Positions 20,262 through 31,105 of a stretch of 64,000 nt of DNA are shown here, piece after piece; position 1 is the first letter of the stretch, and the number at the start of each line of letters is the position of its first letter. This DNA is from Candidatus Heimdallarchaeota archaeon (GTDB lineage Archaea; Asgardarchaeota; Heimdallarchaeia; Hodarchaeales; Hodarchaeaceae). The stretch spans positions 2,030,064-2,094,063 of the forward strand of contig CP070695.1 of the NCBI GenBank assembly GCA_020353515.1. Reading direction: 5' to 3'. Both the position numbers and the translations under genes were made by a program. The notes beneath the pieces are model-generated. The model did not search any database, was not told the origin of the DNA, and saw nothing but the letters and a program-made list of their open reading frames with translations.

Positions 20262-21554
20262 TTATACTGGTGGCTCACTTAAGGGATAGATATCTACAGC
20301 ATTTGCAGTTCCTGCAATAGAATATGAACCAGTCCCATTCCAGTCCGACCAATAATTTCCCTGTGCTAAATCTGGATAATACCACAAATTGGATGTTCCG
20401 TTATCAGATGCTTGTGAGGTTCCATCGAAATTATTATTTATGAACGAGTTGAGAAAAATGGTATTGGATTGCCCCTCTATCCAACCACCAGTAATGACGA
20501 CTCCATATTCTGAATTGTCCTCAAAACGATTGTAATAAATCTGACAATCGGAGGTAGAAGAAGCATAAATTCCTTGATAGGAATCTATGATTGTACAATT
20601 TTTGACAGTACAATTACTACTTACGTCTAAAGTGATACCAGAACTAAACCAAGAGGCCCATGAATACGAGGTATTAAAGCAGTAATTATTCGATATTTGT
20701 ACGAAATCTGAGTGGATTATGTTAATAGCTGTATAATAATTATTTTTACAGTTATTTCCTGTTATATTTGTGAAATTCGAATCAATACATGATATTGCTT
20801 CATCACAAGCTTTCAATGTATTATTATGTATAACTATTGAATCCGAATATTCTACAAATATACCTATGTACTGTTTCGAGATCTTGTTGTTTGCTATAAA
20901 ACATTCTTCTGATCCTTCAATTAGAATCCCCTCACTCCCAGCATTAAAAATAATATTGTTAGAGACATTAACTCCTGGAGATGAATAGATTGTGATTCCA
21001 GCATGGGGACCTGTTTCCCAAACCCAGCAATTTTGACGGAATATCGTGTTACCCCAAATATTTGCAGTTCCAGGCGCAACATTTTCAAGATGAATTCCCT
21101 CATAACACATATCTATTGTACAATCAGTAATTATAAAGTGTTTAGTCGTGTTTTGAATAGTAAAACCAATGAATTCGTCAATGAGATAGTAATTAGAAAG
21201 GATGTAGGGATCTTCTAAAGTTCCCTTTCCAGATGAACTATATTCAAGAAAATCAGTATCAGAATAAATCTCAATACCTGACCCAAGCGGTGGTCCGAAG
21301 AGAGAACTTAAAAAGTATGAACCTACAAATATGATAGATATAAAAACTACTCCAATTATTACAATACTCCCTACAATGATCAACCAAGGACGATAAGAAG
21401 GTGAAAGTCTTGCTACGCCCCTTTTTTGCGTTATTGGTTGAGTTACTGGTGTCTGTATATGAACCGACTTTGTTAGATTAACTCCACAATTAGTACAGAA
21501 TTTTGCTGTTTCAACTTCTAATTCATTACCGCAATGAGGACATTGAATCATCAA
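20262..21554 (-). CDS. Zn-ribbon / TM / beta-helix surface protein, tandem paralog
   Basis: CPHC..CTNC, TM and beta-helix repeats; C-terminal ~55 aa nearly identical to 18738-20216. Confidence 0.85.
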   Translation of the reverse strand: MMIQCPHCGNELEVETAKFCTNCGVNLTKSVHIQTPVTQPITQKRGVARLSPSYRPWLIIVGSIVIIGVVFISIIFVGSYFLSSLFGPPLGSGIEIYSDTDFLEYSSSGKGTLEDPYILSNYYLIDEFIGFTIQNTTKHFIITDCTIDMCYEGIHLENVAPGTANIWGNTIFRQNCWVWETGPHAGITIYSSPGVNVSNNIIFNAGSEGILIEGSEECFIANNKISKQYIGIFVEYSDSIVIHNNTLKACDEAISCIDSNFTNITGNNCKNNYYTAINIIHSDFVQISNNYCFNTSYSWASWFSSGITLDVSSNCTVKNCTIIDSYQGIYASSTSDCQIYYNRFEDNSEYGVVITGGWIEGQSNTIFLNSFINNNFDGTSQASDNGTSNLWYYPDLAQGNYWSDWNGTGSYSIAGTANAVDIYPLSEPPV

Positions 21555-21594
21555 ACACCTCTTTCAAAGTGAGTAAATTTTGAGAGCTTACTAT

Positions 21595-22365
21595 TTAAAT
21601 CCTTTTCTTATTCAAAGGACACATCTTGAGACATTCTAAGCAGTGATAATAACTATGGTCATCAACGCCTATTGTATTCATAATAGTCTCAAAGTCGATA
21701 TTTTTTCTTAATTCTGTATCTTGTAGTAAATGAGCCATAAGAGGATTAGTATTAGCGTTTCGAATACATAAATTGTGATCGACCTTACCATTAGTATCAA
21801 TAGCTTTAACATTACATGATTCGATGCATTCAACACAATCCATAGGGCAAATTGCTGCTTGGATTCTAGGAGATGGTTCTAAATGCATTGAAGTTAGAAC
21901 TCCTCCTATTAAAATTCGTGTACCATATTTAGGATGTCCTAATAGTCCACTTTTAGTTAGTCTACCTATACCAGCCTTTTCAGCCCAATAAACAAGTGGT
22001 ATTAATCCCCAAAAATCCCGTTTTACGATTTTCCATGGATAACAAGAGTAAATTGGGGTCGAAACATATCCTTTATTCTCTAAAAATAGGCAAAGAGAGT
22101 TTTCAGTAGCATCGATTGAACGATACATCATATTACAATAACGCCAATAGAGTAAATTGTCATTAGACTCAGAATAAATGACTCCCATTGGTATTGGAAC
22201 TCCAAAACAAATGACTGTTTTTACATTGTTTAAAAGTGCTTGAGGGGAGAATTCCTCCGGTATACGCTGTCCATTTTCCTCTATCGAAGCAAATCCAACT
22301 ATTTGGATCTCTTTTTCTTTAAGGAATTCTATAACCTCATTGTTCTTTTTTCTCACAAGAATCAT
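21595..22365 (-). CDS. QueG/reductive dehalogenase-like 4Fe-4S protein
   Basis: AEKAGIG....GLL.HPKYG.R motif and two Cys clusters (CPMDCVECIESC; CLECLKMCP). Confidence 0.8.
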   Translation of the reverse strand: MILVRKKNNEVIEFLKEKEIQIVGFASIEENGQRIPEEFSPQALLNNVKTVICFGVPIPMGVIYSESNDNLLYWRYCNMMYRSIDATENSLCLFLENKGYVSTPIYSCYPWKIVKRDFWGLIPLVYWAEKAGIGRLTKSGLLGHPKYGTRILIGGVLTSMHLEPSPRIQAAICPMDCVECIESCNVKAIDTNGKVDHNLCIRNANTNPLMAHLLQDTELRKNIDFETIMNTIGVDDHSYYHCLECLKMCPLNKKRI

Positions 22366-22461
22366 CTCAATAAATAGGAATGTAACTAAGATAGCGGATG
22401 AAAACAGGTATTAAATGTTAACTCCAATTAATACTCCAGAAATTTGAGTGTTGAATCAGAT

Positions 22462-23433
22462 TTATCCAAATTTTAAACCTTTTGTTCTATCTTCTATTGG
22501 AATGCCTAAAAGAAGTAGCCAATGCCAATAGACATCTTCCATGCTTAAACCAGAAACACTAAACTCTAGAACTTCTGTTTCCTGTCTATCGAGTAGTTCA
22601 TCCGTTATTTCGTCTACTTCTTTCTTAGTTTCTGCATAAAATTGGCACATTTGTCCCATTATTCGATGAGAGAATCCTAGTTCTTTGACAAATTCGTTTA
22701 TGTTAACAGAAGGGTGTGGGACAACTTTGACATCATAAGCATATGGAATCTGCTTAATAATGTCCGCAGTGTTTCCATATTTCATAACTTTGCCATCAGT
22801 AGTAAGCAATAATAGCTTTTCACAAAGACGGTCCACAACACTGGGATCATGGTCAATGAGAAGAATCGTTAGTCCTCGTTGCTTATCTAATTCATATATG
22901 TACTGTATTACTGACTCTTTTTTCTTGATATCTAATGTTGCAGTAATTTCATCAAGTACCAAGATTTTTGGATTTTTCATGAGAGCGATAAGGAAACGTG
23001 TCATAGCTTTTTGACCTTCAGAGAATCCTTCGATAGGAGAGTCAAGCATTTTTGTAAGATCGACATCATCCATCAAGGCTTGTTGATTCTTCCATGAAAC
23101 GCCTTGTAAATCAGAGAAAAAATCTAGAGTCTCTCGAAGGGTTAATTTCTTATGAAATGATAAATTGGGAGATACATAGGACAATAATCTTCTTGCATCA
23201 GCTGTTTGAGTTACAAGATCATATGGACCAATTCGTATAGAACCTTTATCAGGTAAATAGATTGATGCTAGAGTCCTGAGAAGAGTCGTTTTCCCACTCC
23301 CATTCGGACCAATAATTGCTAAGTTCTCTCCATCGGGTAAATGAAAGTCAATCCCTTTTAAAACATGTTTTTTATTTCCAAAAAATTTGTGCACGTCTTC
23401 TACAACAATCTCTCGGTCACTTGTTTGCGTCAT
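22462..23433 (-). CDS. ABC-2 type transporter ATP-binding protein
   Basis: GPNGSGKT, FSEGQ signature and LDE; ATG 23433 follows GAGGTGA. Confidence 0.9.
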   Translation of the reverse strand: MTQTSDREIVVEDVHKFFGNKKHVLKGIDFHLPDGENLAIIGPNGSGKTTLLRTLASIYLPDKGSIRIGPYDLVTQTADARRLLSYVSPNLSFHKKLTLRETLDFFSDLQGVSWKNQQALMDDVDLTKMLDSPIEGFSEGQKAMTRFLIALMKNPKILVLDEITATLDIKKKESVIQYIYELDKQRGLTILLIDHDPSVVDRLCEKLLLLTTDGKVMKYGNTADIIKQIPYAYDVKVVPHPSVNINEFVKELGFSHRIMGQMCQFYAETKKEVDEITDELLDRQETEVLEFSVSGLSMEDVYWHWLLLLGIPIEDRTKGLKFG

Positions 23434-23446
23434 ATTTCGTCTCACC

Positions 23447-24310
23447 TCAATAAAACTCTAACGTTCCACTATAAGCTGCTTTACGAGTGACTTTTTGCAT
23501 TATGAAAATGGCAAAAAATAGGAGAATGACTGAAATGAAACCATTTATTACAATTATAAGAAGAATACTTGAGGGAACTTGACCGATAATCAACATGGAG
23601 CGAAGACTATAAAGCATTCCTGTCGTAGGAATGAAGTATAATATTTCTTCAAGTGTGCCTAATCCAAATGTCCGAAGTACTTCTAAAGGGAAAAAATACC
23701 CGCTCAACATTGTTAATAAATACGATAGAAGGAAAGTTAATGGCCCACTTTTTTTAAAGATTACATTTAAGGTTGAAGCGAGAATTGTAATTCCCAACAT
23801 GAAAATCCAACTTATTACAATCAGTAAAAGTGTAAATAGGAGTATTTCAGGAGAAAAAATTAATGGATGGAGTATTGTTGTTTCCCCAAGTGGGACAAAT
23901 GATAGCACAAATACTATTGGTAGAACGAAGACAATTAAAGTCACTGAAGTCTTGATTGTACTTGAGGAAAACTGTCCCGCTATTAAATCGCTTAAAGTGA
24001 TGTCATTTGTTATGATAAAGCCCAAAGCACCTAGGGCTGCTTCATTAGGGATGACTGAGACGCCATCTTTGTAAGCTCTGTTGAATATCACCCAATAAAT
24101 TACTCCCACCACCAAAAACTCTTTTAGAAATCCTTCGTATAGAAAATTGTCAATGTCACTTGAAGCCACGACCTGTCCTAAAAACAGGAATGTTATTACG
24201 TCTACAGCAAGCCAAGCAAGGTCTGTTATGAAATTTAACTTATATTTCAAATCGATACGCAAATTTCTAATCATATTGGCTTTAAGAACTGTAAATGTTC
24301 TATTTGTCAT
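23447..24310 (-). CDS. ABC-2 type permease
   Basis: About six TM helices and LSGYFFP motif; adjacent to the ATPase. Confidence 0.85.
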   Translation of the reverse strand: MTNRTFTVLKANMIRNLRIDLKYKLNFITDLAWLAVDVITFLFLGQVVASSDIDNFLYEGFLKEFLVVGVIYWVIFNRAYKDGVSVIPNEAALGALGFIITNDITLSDLIAGQFSSSTIKTSVTLIVFVLPIVFVLSFVPLGETTILHPLIFSPEILLFTLLLIVISWIFMLGITILASTLNVIFKKSGPLTFLLSYLLTMLSGYFFPLEVLRTFGLGTLEEILYFIPTTGMLYSLRSMLIIGQVPSSILLIIVINGFISVILLFFAIFIMQKVTRKAAYSGTLEFY

Positions 24311-24482
24311 TTTTAACGCCCTACTAAGGATTCCTATGATAACTAGAGGATAGACTGAAAAAGCCTTTTACTTATTTATGGCAGTTTCTTAATAAAACTA
24401 ACTTCAGCTCTCAGGTTTATTTTTGAGAAAAAAACCCTAAGTATTAGTAGAAATCTGACACATAAGTTAGGAATGAACTATA

Positions 24483-25709
24483 ATGGGTCGAAATAAAAAT
24501 TATCATGGTTATAAAGCATTTCAGTATTTATCCCCTCGTATAGATTACAAATCGTTCAAATTACGTAAAGCAATTAAGGAAGAATGGACTTATTTAGTCC
24601 CAGTGTCAAAATCTGAGGAAGAACGGGTTGAGGAGATTCTTGAAAAGCATTTTGTGATTGATCTCCATGAACATCCTGTTATTATGCCTGAAGATTCGAG
24701 ACAATCAATTGAAATGTGGAGAGAGGGTAGAGAATTCATGGCTTACGAAGCGCTTTCTTACTCTGGTTTAGATGCTGTTTTCGACAATTTGATGAATGGT
24801 AGCGCTCTAATTACTTCAAAACACGGTTGGAAATGGAGTGATACAATCCATGACTTAGGACACCGTTTATGTGATATTGCTAATCAGGATTTCGTGATTC
24901 ATTGCACAAATGTCGAAGATATCATCACAGCTCATAAAACAGGGAAGCTTGCATGGGTCGCAGTACTTGAGTCTTCTTCATGCATTGAGAATGAGGTGGA
25001 TCGGATAGATATCCTGTACGGACTCGGGATTAGATCAATGGGTCTGAACTACAGCGAATCTAACATGCTTGGTTCTGGTTTACAAGAATTACGAGATGGA
25101 GGACTTACAGATTTTGGGTATGATTGCATAACTCGTATGAATAAGGTTAGGATGCTCATTGATGTGAGTCATGTGAGTGATCAGACGGCATTGGATGCTA
25201 TTGAGAGCAGTAAAACCCCAATTGTCGTTTCTCATGCTGGCGCCCGAGCTTTATTGCCCATTAAGCGTCTTTTCCCTGATGAGGTTCTCCAAGCTTTAGC
25301 GGAAAAGAAAGGAGTCATAGGAATTGAAGCTGCTCCAGGTTATACCGCTACCAAAACTCAGCCTATTCCCTCTATAGAGACTTATATGGAGCACCTAGAA
25401 TATTGCATGGAACTCATGGGTATTGATTACGTTGGATGCGGACCTGATACTCTTTATGGTGATCATGTGGGATATTATCATCTTGTGGAAGAACGACATC
25501 GGACTGCAGGTTTAGGTCACTATACACGACCAGGTCAAAAGAGGGATTTGAATGTGAATTCTTTGCCTGATTATGTTAAAGGTATGGAAAATCCTACAGA
25601 ATGTATGCCTAATATTACTAGATGGTTAGTTAAACATGGATACTCTGATCAGGAAATTGCTAAGATTATTGGTGGAAATGCCCTAAGAGTCCTTAAAAAA
25701 GTGTGGTAA
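24483..25709 (+). CDS. Membrane dipeptidase family (M19) metallo-dipeptidase
   Basis: DLHEH, GLTDFG..MN, IDVSH, VSHAG, GCGPD and IIGGNALRV motifs. Confidence 0.92.
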   Translation: MGRNKNYHGYKAFQYLSPRIDYKSFKLRKAIKEEWTYLVPVSKSEEERVEEILEKHFVIDLHEHPVIMPEDSRQSIEMWREGREFMAYEALSYSGLDAVFDNLMNGSALITSKHGWKWSDTIHDLGHRLCDIANQDFVIHCTNVEDIITAHKTGKLAWVAVLESSSCIENEVDRIDILYGLGIRSMGLNYSESNMLGSGLQELRDGGLTDFGYDCITRMNKVRMLIDVSHVSDQTALDAIESSKTPIVVSHAGARALLPIKRLFPDEVLQALAEKKGVIGIEAAPGYTATKTQPIPSIETYMEHLEYCMELMGIDYVGCGPDTLYGDHVGYYHLVEERHRTAGLGHYTRPGQKRDLNVNSLPDYVKGMENPTECMPNITRWLVKHGYSDQEIAKIIGGNALRVLKKVW

Positions 25710-25847
25710 AATCCGATTAGTTCTTCGATAACAAATCACTTAAAAACGAAAAAAGCGCTCTCCTACCACTCTAGAATAAGATGATAGGTTCTAAATACGC
25801 TCTGAGTGGACATCTATAGCTTTTAATGCCCTCGGAGGAACATTCCA

Positions 25848-27050
25848 GTGAGAGTAGCGAATTTACTAAACACTAACATTATCACGTTAACAGTAACACA
25901 TTTTTTATGGGGATTCGTCAATTCTGTTTATCTGATTCAAATACAACCCCTTTTATTATCGATATATGGTACCACTCCTGAATCAGCTCAAATTTTAGGC
26001 GCTATATTAACAATTGGGAGTTTTTCTGCAGTAATTCCGCTATTATTAGGTTTTTTTGCAGATTTATATGGAAGGAAAAGACTGATTATTATTGGAGAGA
26101 CGATTAGCCTTTTAGGATTAATCGGCCTTTCTATAGGAAATTCAGTGGTTTGGTTGTCGATTTTCAGTATTATTGTTTTTAACCTAGGAATTGGATTTTA
26201 CGATTCGCCATTACAAGGACTCATTCATGAATCAGCACTTGAAAAAAGAGGTTTAGCTTACTCTATTGTCTATAATTCTTCTTCTATAGCTGGTATAATT
26301 GCCTCCTTTATGATTCAAAACGAGATGATAAATGGAGAATATTTTATCTATTTTCAGATTAGTTGTTTACTATTCGCACTAGCCATAATGATAAATTTCA
26401 TTATACTCCGTGATACCGTCCAAAATAAAGATAAAATCTCTTTTCCATTGGTTCAGATATTTAAGAAACCATTATCCCGATTAACCGCGATTGCATTCTT
26501 TCTTGATACATTCTCGTGGGGTCTTCCTCTATCTATTGCGAATGGGATCTATATTATTCTATTTGGAGTTGATGTGGCTTTCATTGCAACATTAACATTG
26601 ACGTTAAGTATAGTACTCGTCCTCTTTCAATATCCTGCCGGTTTTCTCGTTGATCGTTTTGGTAGGCTTTTTGGTCTTATAATGGGAGAAGTTACAGGAA
26701 TTATATGGATAATTTTGACCCTAATTTCAATCACGCTACTTCAAGCGGAATTGTTAATCCTTGCTTATGCGATACTAGGAGTAAGTGTTGCTTTTTGGAG
26801 ACCTTCCGTTGTTTTGAGTTTCATTGAAGTTGATCCTGCTGCAGTTTCAACTAACTTTGGTATTCTTTCATTCGTTCAGCGTTTAGGAGGAGTCCCCACA
26901 GCAGCTGTTGCGGGGACACTTTTTCCCTTAATTGGATTCTCTCCTTTACTTGCTGTGACATTTATCGGAACATTGATTGTTATAGTTATGTTTTTCAAAA
27001 TTGACAGACTAGAGAAGAATCAGTTGGCAAAAACCATAGATATCCAATAA
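25848..27050 (+). CDS. MFS transporter
   Basis: About 12 TM helices; motif A GFFADLYGRK and GFLVDRFGR. Confidence 0.9.
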   Translation: MRVANLLNTNIITLTVTHFLWGFVNSVYLIQIQPLLLSIYGTTPESAQILGAILTIGSFSAVIPLLLGFFADLYGRKRLIIIGETISLLGLIGLSIGNSVVWLSIFSIIVFNLGIGFYDSPLQGLIHESALEKRGLAYSIVYNSSSIAGIIASFMIQNEMINGEYFIYFQISCLLFALAIMINFIILRDTVQNKDKISFPLVQIFKKPLSRLTAIAFFLDTFSWGLPLSIANGIYIILFGVDVAFIATLTLTLSIVLVLFQYPAGFLVDRFGRLFGLIMGEVTGIIWIILTLISITLLQAELLILAYAILGVSVAFWRPSVVLSFIEVDPAAVSTNFGILSFVQRLGGVPTAAVAGTLFPLIGFSPLLAVTFIGTLIVIVMFFKIDRLEKNQLAKTIDIQ

Positions 27051-27065
27051 TTTTGATGTGATTCA

Positions 27066-28331
27066 ATGACAATACCCCAAAAAACTTCAACTCGTAATGC
27101 GTACATGCTCCTCTTGGCATCTCAGATTGTTAATATAGGATTTGGATTGCTTGCTATATTTATTACCCTTTTAGCTGATGAGATTAATTTACGCCCTCTT
27201 GAAATTGGAGTAATCATATCAATATTTATGGTTGCACGAGCAATATCAGCAGCAATAATACCAGATATTTCTGACAGGGTTGGAAGGAAAATTGTGGTGG
27301 TTATATCACTTATTTTTTATGCAGCTAGTACAGCTCTGCTAGGATTTGCTCGCTCTTTTTTTTGGTTGTTCATTCTTAGAATTGTTGAAGGAGCTTCAGC
27401 AGGAGCAGTATTTCCTACAGCTGAGGCATTACTTGTCGATTCTGTTCCGAAAAAAGATCGGGGTGCGTGGATGGGGAAATATTTCACCACATTCAATTTT
27501 GGTTTCATTATTGGCCCCGCTTTAGGAGGTGTTTTGTTTACATTCGGAGAAAGCGTCATGCAACTAGACACGTTGTCAGCTTTCTCAATCCCTTTTCTAT
27601 TCACAGGCTTACTAGGTTTTCTCTCATTATTATCTGTGATGTTTTTTGTTGAGGATATTATTACAAAAGATACAGTTGATAAATTAATCACTGACGAAAT
27701 TGGTGATATTCCTAGTTCAATTACCCCCCATCTTAACTCATTTTTATTTATTGGAATATTAAGCGGATTTGCAATTGGTTTGGTCATCCCAATTTTCACT
27801 TTGCACATGACTGATGCGTTTCTTTTGAATGAAGGAACAATTGGTTTCATTTTTACTATAAGTGGAAGTTCAGCACTTCTAGTAAATTACCCTGCTGGTA
27901 AGCTTAGTGATAAAATGGATCGAATGGTGATCGTAGTAGTAGGAATGATCCTTACAGGTCTCGCTTTCATTGGTGTTGGCCTCTCTCTCTCCATTTCTAT
28001 TGCAATTATCTTTTTTATTTTCAGATCTTCAGCTTTTCAGGCTTATCTACCCGCTTATAGAGCTTTCCAGGCTGACAAAATACCACCAATGTTGCGGGGT
28101 AAGATTATGGGTAGGATTCAATCAGCCTTCAATGTTGGTGCAGTCTTTGGGCCTTTAATTGGGGCTGCAATTTATGAATTCTATGTTTCAGACATTCTCC
28201 AGATTCTTGAATATAGTTTTTATGGTGGTGGAGTTCCTTTTCTTGTTGCAGGGATATTCGGATTGTTTCAAGCTTTCACTGCTGTGTATATCCTGCGAAA
28301 TGAGAGAAAGAAGAAAGCTTCTCTTAACTGA
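27066..28331 (+). CDS. MFS transporter (DHA1-like)
   Basis: ISDRVGRK, RIVEG, GFIIGPALGG and GKLSDKMDR motifs. Confidence 0.92.
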   Translation: MTIPQKTSTRNAYMLLLASQIVNIGFGLLAIFITLLADEINLRPLEIGVIISIFMVARAISAAIIPDISDRVGRKIVVVISLIFYAASTALLGFARSFFWLFILRIVEGASAGAVFPTAEALLVDSVPKKDRGAWMGKYFTTFNFGFIIGPALGGVLFTFGESVMQLDTLSAFSIPFLFTGLLGFLSLLSVMFFVEDIITKDTVDKLITDEIGDIPSSITPHLNSFLFIGILSGFAIGLVIPIFTLHMTDAFLLNEGTIGFIFTISGSSALLVNYPAGKLSDKMDRMVIVVVGMILTGLAFIGVGLSLSISIAIIFFIFRSSAFQAYLPAYRAFQADKIPPMLRGKIMGRIQSAFNVGAVFGPLIGAAIYEFYVSDILQILEYSFYGGGVPFLVAGIFGLFQAFTAVYILRNERKKKASLN

Positions 28332-28468
28332 GTAGATCCAATTTTACTTCCTTGTACAGAAATGATTTGCATTAACCTACAGATTTATTAGGATGTCCTA
28401 AATGAAACCCAGAAACATCCAGAATTTTTAAAAATAAAACCCCTTACTTATTAGCAACATACATCATA

Positions 28469-30058
28469 ATGGAATCTTATTTATTGAATGAGAAATTTAC
28501 ACCGCAGGGTATTTCAATGAAAAAAATGATTAAATACCGAAAAAGCCGAAAAGAGCGCTTTAAGGAGAAGATTTGTGCATATTCAAAGGAAAAACGTGGT
28601 ATGTTTGGCTTATTTACTCTTCTTTTTTTCGCTCTTATGGGGGTATATGTTCCATTTTTAGCAGAATCAGGAGCTCTTCCCCCTCCCAATGGCTTGGAAT
28701 CGTATGTTGCTTCCGATTATCTACCCCCATCGTGGATTGAATTGTTCCCAAAAAGCTTAATCCCTGGTTCAGGTAATATTGTTCCTGATACACAGTTTAA
28801 GAAAACTAATAGTTGGTTTTTCAATGTTTCAGACCCCTCAGCCATGGCATTCGATTATGATTCAGAAGATTTCATAATTGGGACTAAATCAGTCCATTTT
28901 TCTCTTGTAGATAATCATACTGCTCTCAATTACCAAGGAAATATCAGAGGAAACTTAATTTTCCCATGGCCTTTTAGTCATCCTACCAATGCATCTCTCT
29001 ATTGGTACATGAAAATTATGGTAACTGGAAACTTAAGCATGTCTTCGTTTTCCCCATATGTTAGACTTCATTTACCAGAAGATTCGGCCATACCTCAGTA
29101 TTCCACTGATTTTCGTGTAACTCCTCCTCAGCATTCTGAATGGATACAATATACTAGGTACCTTTCTTATATACAAGTTTTTTATCTCTTCCAGCCTAAT
29201 ACAACTATTAATATTGAAATTGGTGTTAACTTTCGCGATACGACCCCCTCCTCGGTTGGAACAATTCAGATATGGTTTGATCAAATAGAACTTTATGTCA
29301 CTCGTCCAACTCACGGATTATTGGGTTCCAATCATCAAGGACAAGATGTCTTTGTGCAGATTTGTTACAGTATTCAGGTTTCATTTTTCGTCGCTTTTGT
29401 AGCAGGAATTACCTCTCTTATCATGGGTGTCATAATTGGAGTTATTGCTGGATATCGTGCTGGAGGAGTTTTTGATACAGTTATAATGCGAATTGTTGAT
29501 TTATTCCTAGTTTATCCCGCTCTACTTATCATTTTCTTATTGATGTGGCAATATAAAGTTATACTCTCTTTTTTACCGTTCTTGATCGCATTATTTACTT
29601 GGCCTACCACTACTCGGGTCATTAGATCTAGAGTCATTGTTGAACGTGAACAACTATATATCGAATCCGCAAAAGCAGCTGGTGCTAGCGATTGGTATAT
29701 TATTTTTCAGTACATATTACCTAATATCCTCGGTTTAATCTTCATTCAGTTTACTACAAATGCCGCGAATGCTGTTAATCTCGAAGCTGCATTATCTTAT
29801 CTGGATTATCCCTATAAAAGACCTGTTTTTGAAGAGGAAAGAAGAGCAAAAAAATTACCATCCTGGCTTTCTTGGGGTTTTATGCTAGCTGAAGTTCATT
29901 TTGAAGCAGGATACCACAATGGAGCATGGTGGGTTATAATACCACCTGGAATCTGTATTTTTCTAATGACTATTTCCTTCATGTTCATTGGTAACGCTCT
30001 TGATAGAGTTTTCAATCCGTTAAAATTCCAAGATAGATCGTTTAAACATAATTTTTAA
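28469..30058 (+). CDS. OppC/DppC-type peptide ABC permease with large inserted extracellular domain
   Basis: LLGSNHQGQDVF, YIESAKAAGAS (EAA loop), ILPN and WWVIIPPG motifs; beta-rich insert of about 180 aa. Confidence 0.85.
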   Translation: MESYLLNEKFTPQGISMKKMIKYRKSRKERFKEKICAYSKEKRGMFGLFTLLFFALMGVYVPFLAESGALPPPNGLESYVASDYLPPSWIELFPKSLIPGSGNIVPDTQFKKTNSWFFNVSDPSAMAFDYDSEDFIIGTKSVHFSLVDNHTALNYQGNIRGNLIFPWPFSHPTNASLYWYMKIMVTGNLSMSSFSPYVRLHLPEDSAIPQYSTDFRVTPPQHSEWIQYTRYLSYIQVFYLFQPNTTINIEIGVNFRDTTPSSVGTIQIWFDQIELYVTRPTHGLLGSNHQGQDVFVQICYSIQVSFFVAFVAGITSLIMGVIIGVIAGYRAGGVFDTVIMRIVDLFLVYPALLIIFLLMWQYKVILSFLPFLIALFTWPTTTRVIRSRVIVEREQLYIESAKAAGASDWYIIFQYILPNILGLIFIQFTTNAANAVNLEAALSYLDYPYKRPVFEEERRAKKLPSWLSWGFMLAEVHFEAGYHNGAWWVIIPPGICIFLMTISFMFIGNALDRVFNPLKFQDRSFKHNF

Positions 30059-31047
30059 GAATGACCTAAAATGAAATGAGGTTTATATGGTTCTTCCAAC
30101 CGTTTAATCTCATTCTCAGTTAGTTTAATGTCAAGAGCCTCAACAGCTTCTTCTACGTGTTCAATCTTTGTAGCTCCAATAATGGGGGATGTTACATAAT
30201 CCTTTGAAAATAGCCAAGCAAGGGCGATCTGAGCTGGTTTCACGTCTTTCTCTTGAGCAATTTCTACCACTCGCTCAACAACATCAAAATCTTCTGGTTT
30301 AAAGAAGCGGGGCTTCATATATCGGTCTGTACGAGCCCTGATATGATCATCCGCGTTCCCATCACGCGTATACTTCCCCGATAGAAAGCCTCGCGCAAGG
30401 GGGGACCATGGTATAACACCTAGTCCTTGGTCTTTACAGAGAGGCAACATCTCACGTTCTTCCTCACGATAACATAGATTATAGTGATTCTGCATGGTTC
30501 TAAAAGGTTCTAATCCGTACTGTTCTGCTAACCACAAGCTTTTTGCAAACTGCCAAGCAAACATCGAGCTAGCACCAATATGGAGAACACTACCGTTATC
30601 TATGAGAAGGTTTAATGATCGTAATATTTCTTCAATAGGAGTATGAGGATCAAGCCGGTGTATCTGGTAGAGATCAACATAATCCATGTTTAAACGATTC
30701 AAGGAATCCTTAATTGCGCGGGTGATATGATATCGGGAAAGACCACTTTTGTTTGGTTTGGGGGTTGTGACAAAACCTTCAACGGGGAAAAAAACTTTTG
30801 TTGCTATTACCACATCATCACGGTATTCTTTAAGCAGTTCACCAGTGATTTCTTCAGAGCGTCCTCGTGAATATACATTAGCAGTATCAAAAAAGTTTAT
30901 TCCTAGATCTAAGGCTTTCTCAACAATTGGCTGGGAAGCATTTATGTCCAAACACCATTTCAATATTGAAGGATCACCATAGGACATCATCCCTAAGCAG
31001 ATTCTAGAAACACTTAATCCGGTCTTACCTAGTTTAACATAATCCAA
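30055..31047 (-). CDS. Aldo/keto reductase (aryl-alcohol dehydrogenase-like)
   Basis: LGKTGL.VS.ICLG, FDTANVYS.G.SE, DLYQIHR and PWSPLARG motifs. Confidence 0.95.
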   Translation of the reverse strand: MDYVKLGKTGLSVSRICLGMMSYGDPSILKWCLDINASQPIVEKALDLGINFFDTANVYSRGRSEEITGELLKEYRDDVVIATKVFFPVEGFVTTPKPNKSGLSRYHITRAIKDSLNRLNMDYVDLYQIHRLDPHTPIEEILRSLNLLIDNGSVLHIGASSMFAWQFAKSLWLAEQYGLEPFRTMQNHYNLCYREEEREMLPLCKDQGLGVIPWSPLARGFLSGKYTRDGNADDHIRARTDRYMKPRFFKPEDFDVVERVVEIAQEKDVKPAQIALAWLFSKDYVTSPIIGATKIEHVEEAVEALDIKLTENEIKRLEEPYKPHFILGHS

Positions 31048-31105
31048 TCAATTTCACCATGTTTTATCAGTAATGATTATCATACATATTATTTGTATTT
31101 AATCC

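Noticed and set aside
18738-20450. Near-identical 3' ends of the two beta-helix genes as a DGR template/variable repeat pair
   Set aside because: Both copies are coding, mismatches are mostly synonymous and not adenine-specific, and there is no reverse transcriptase in the window
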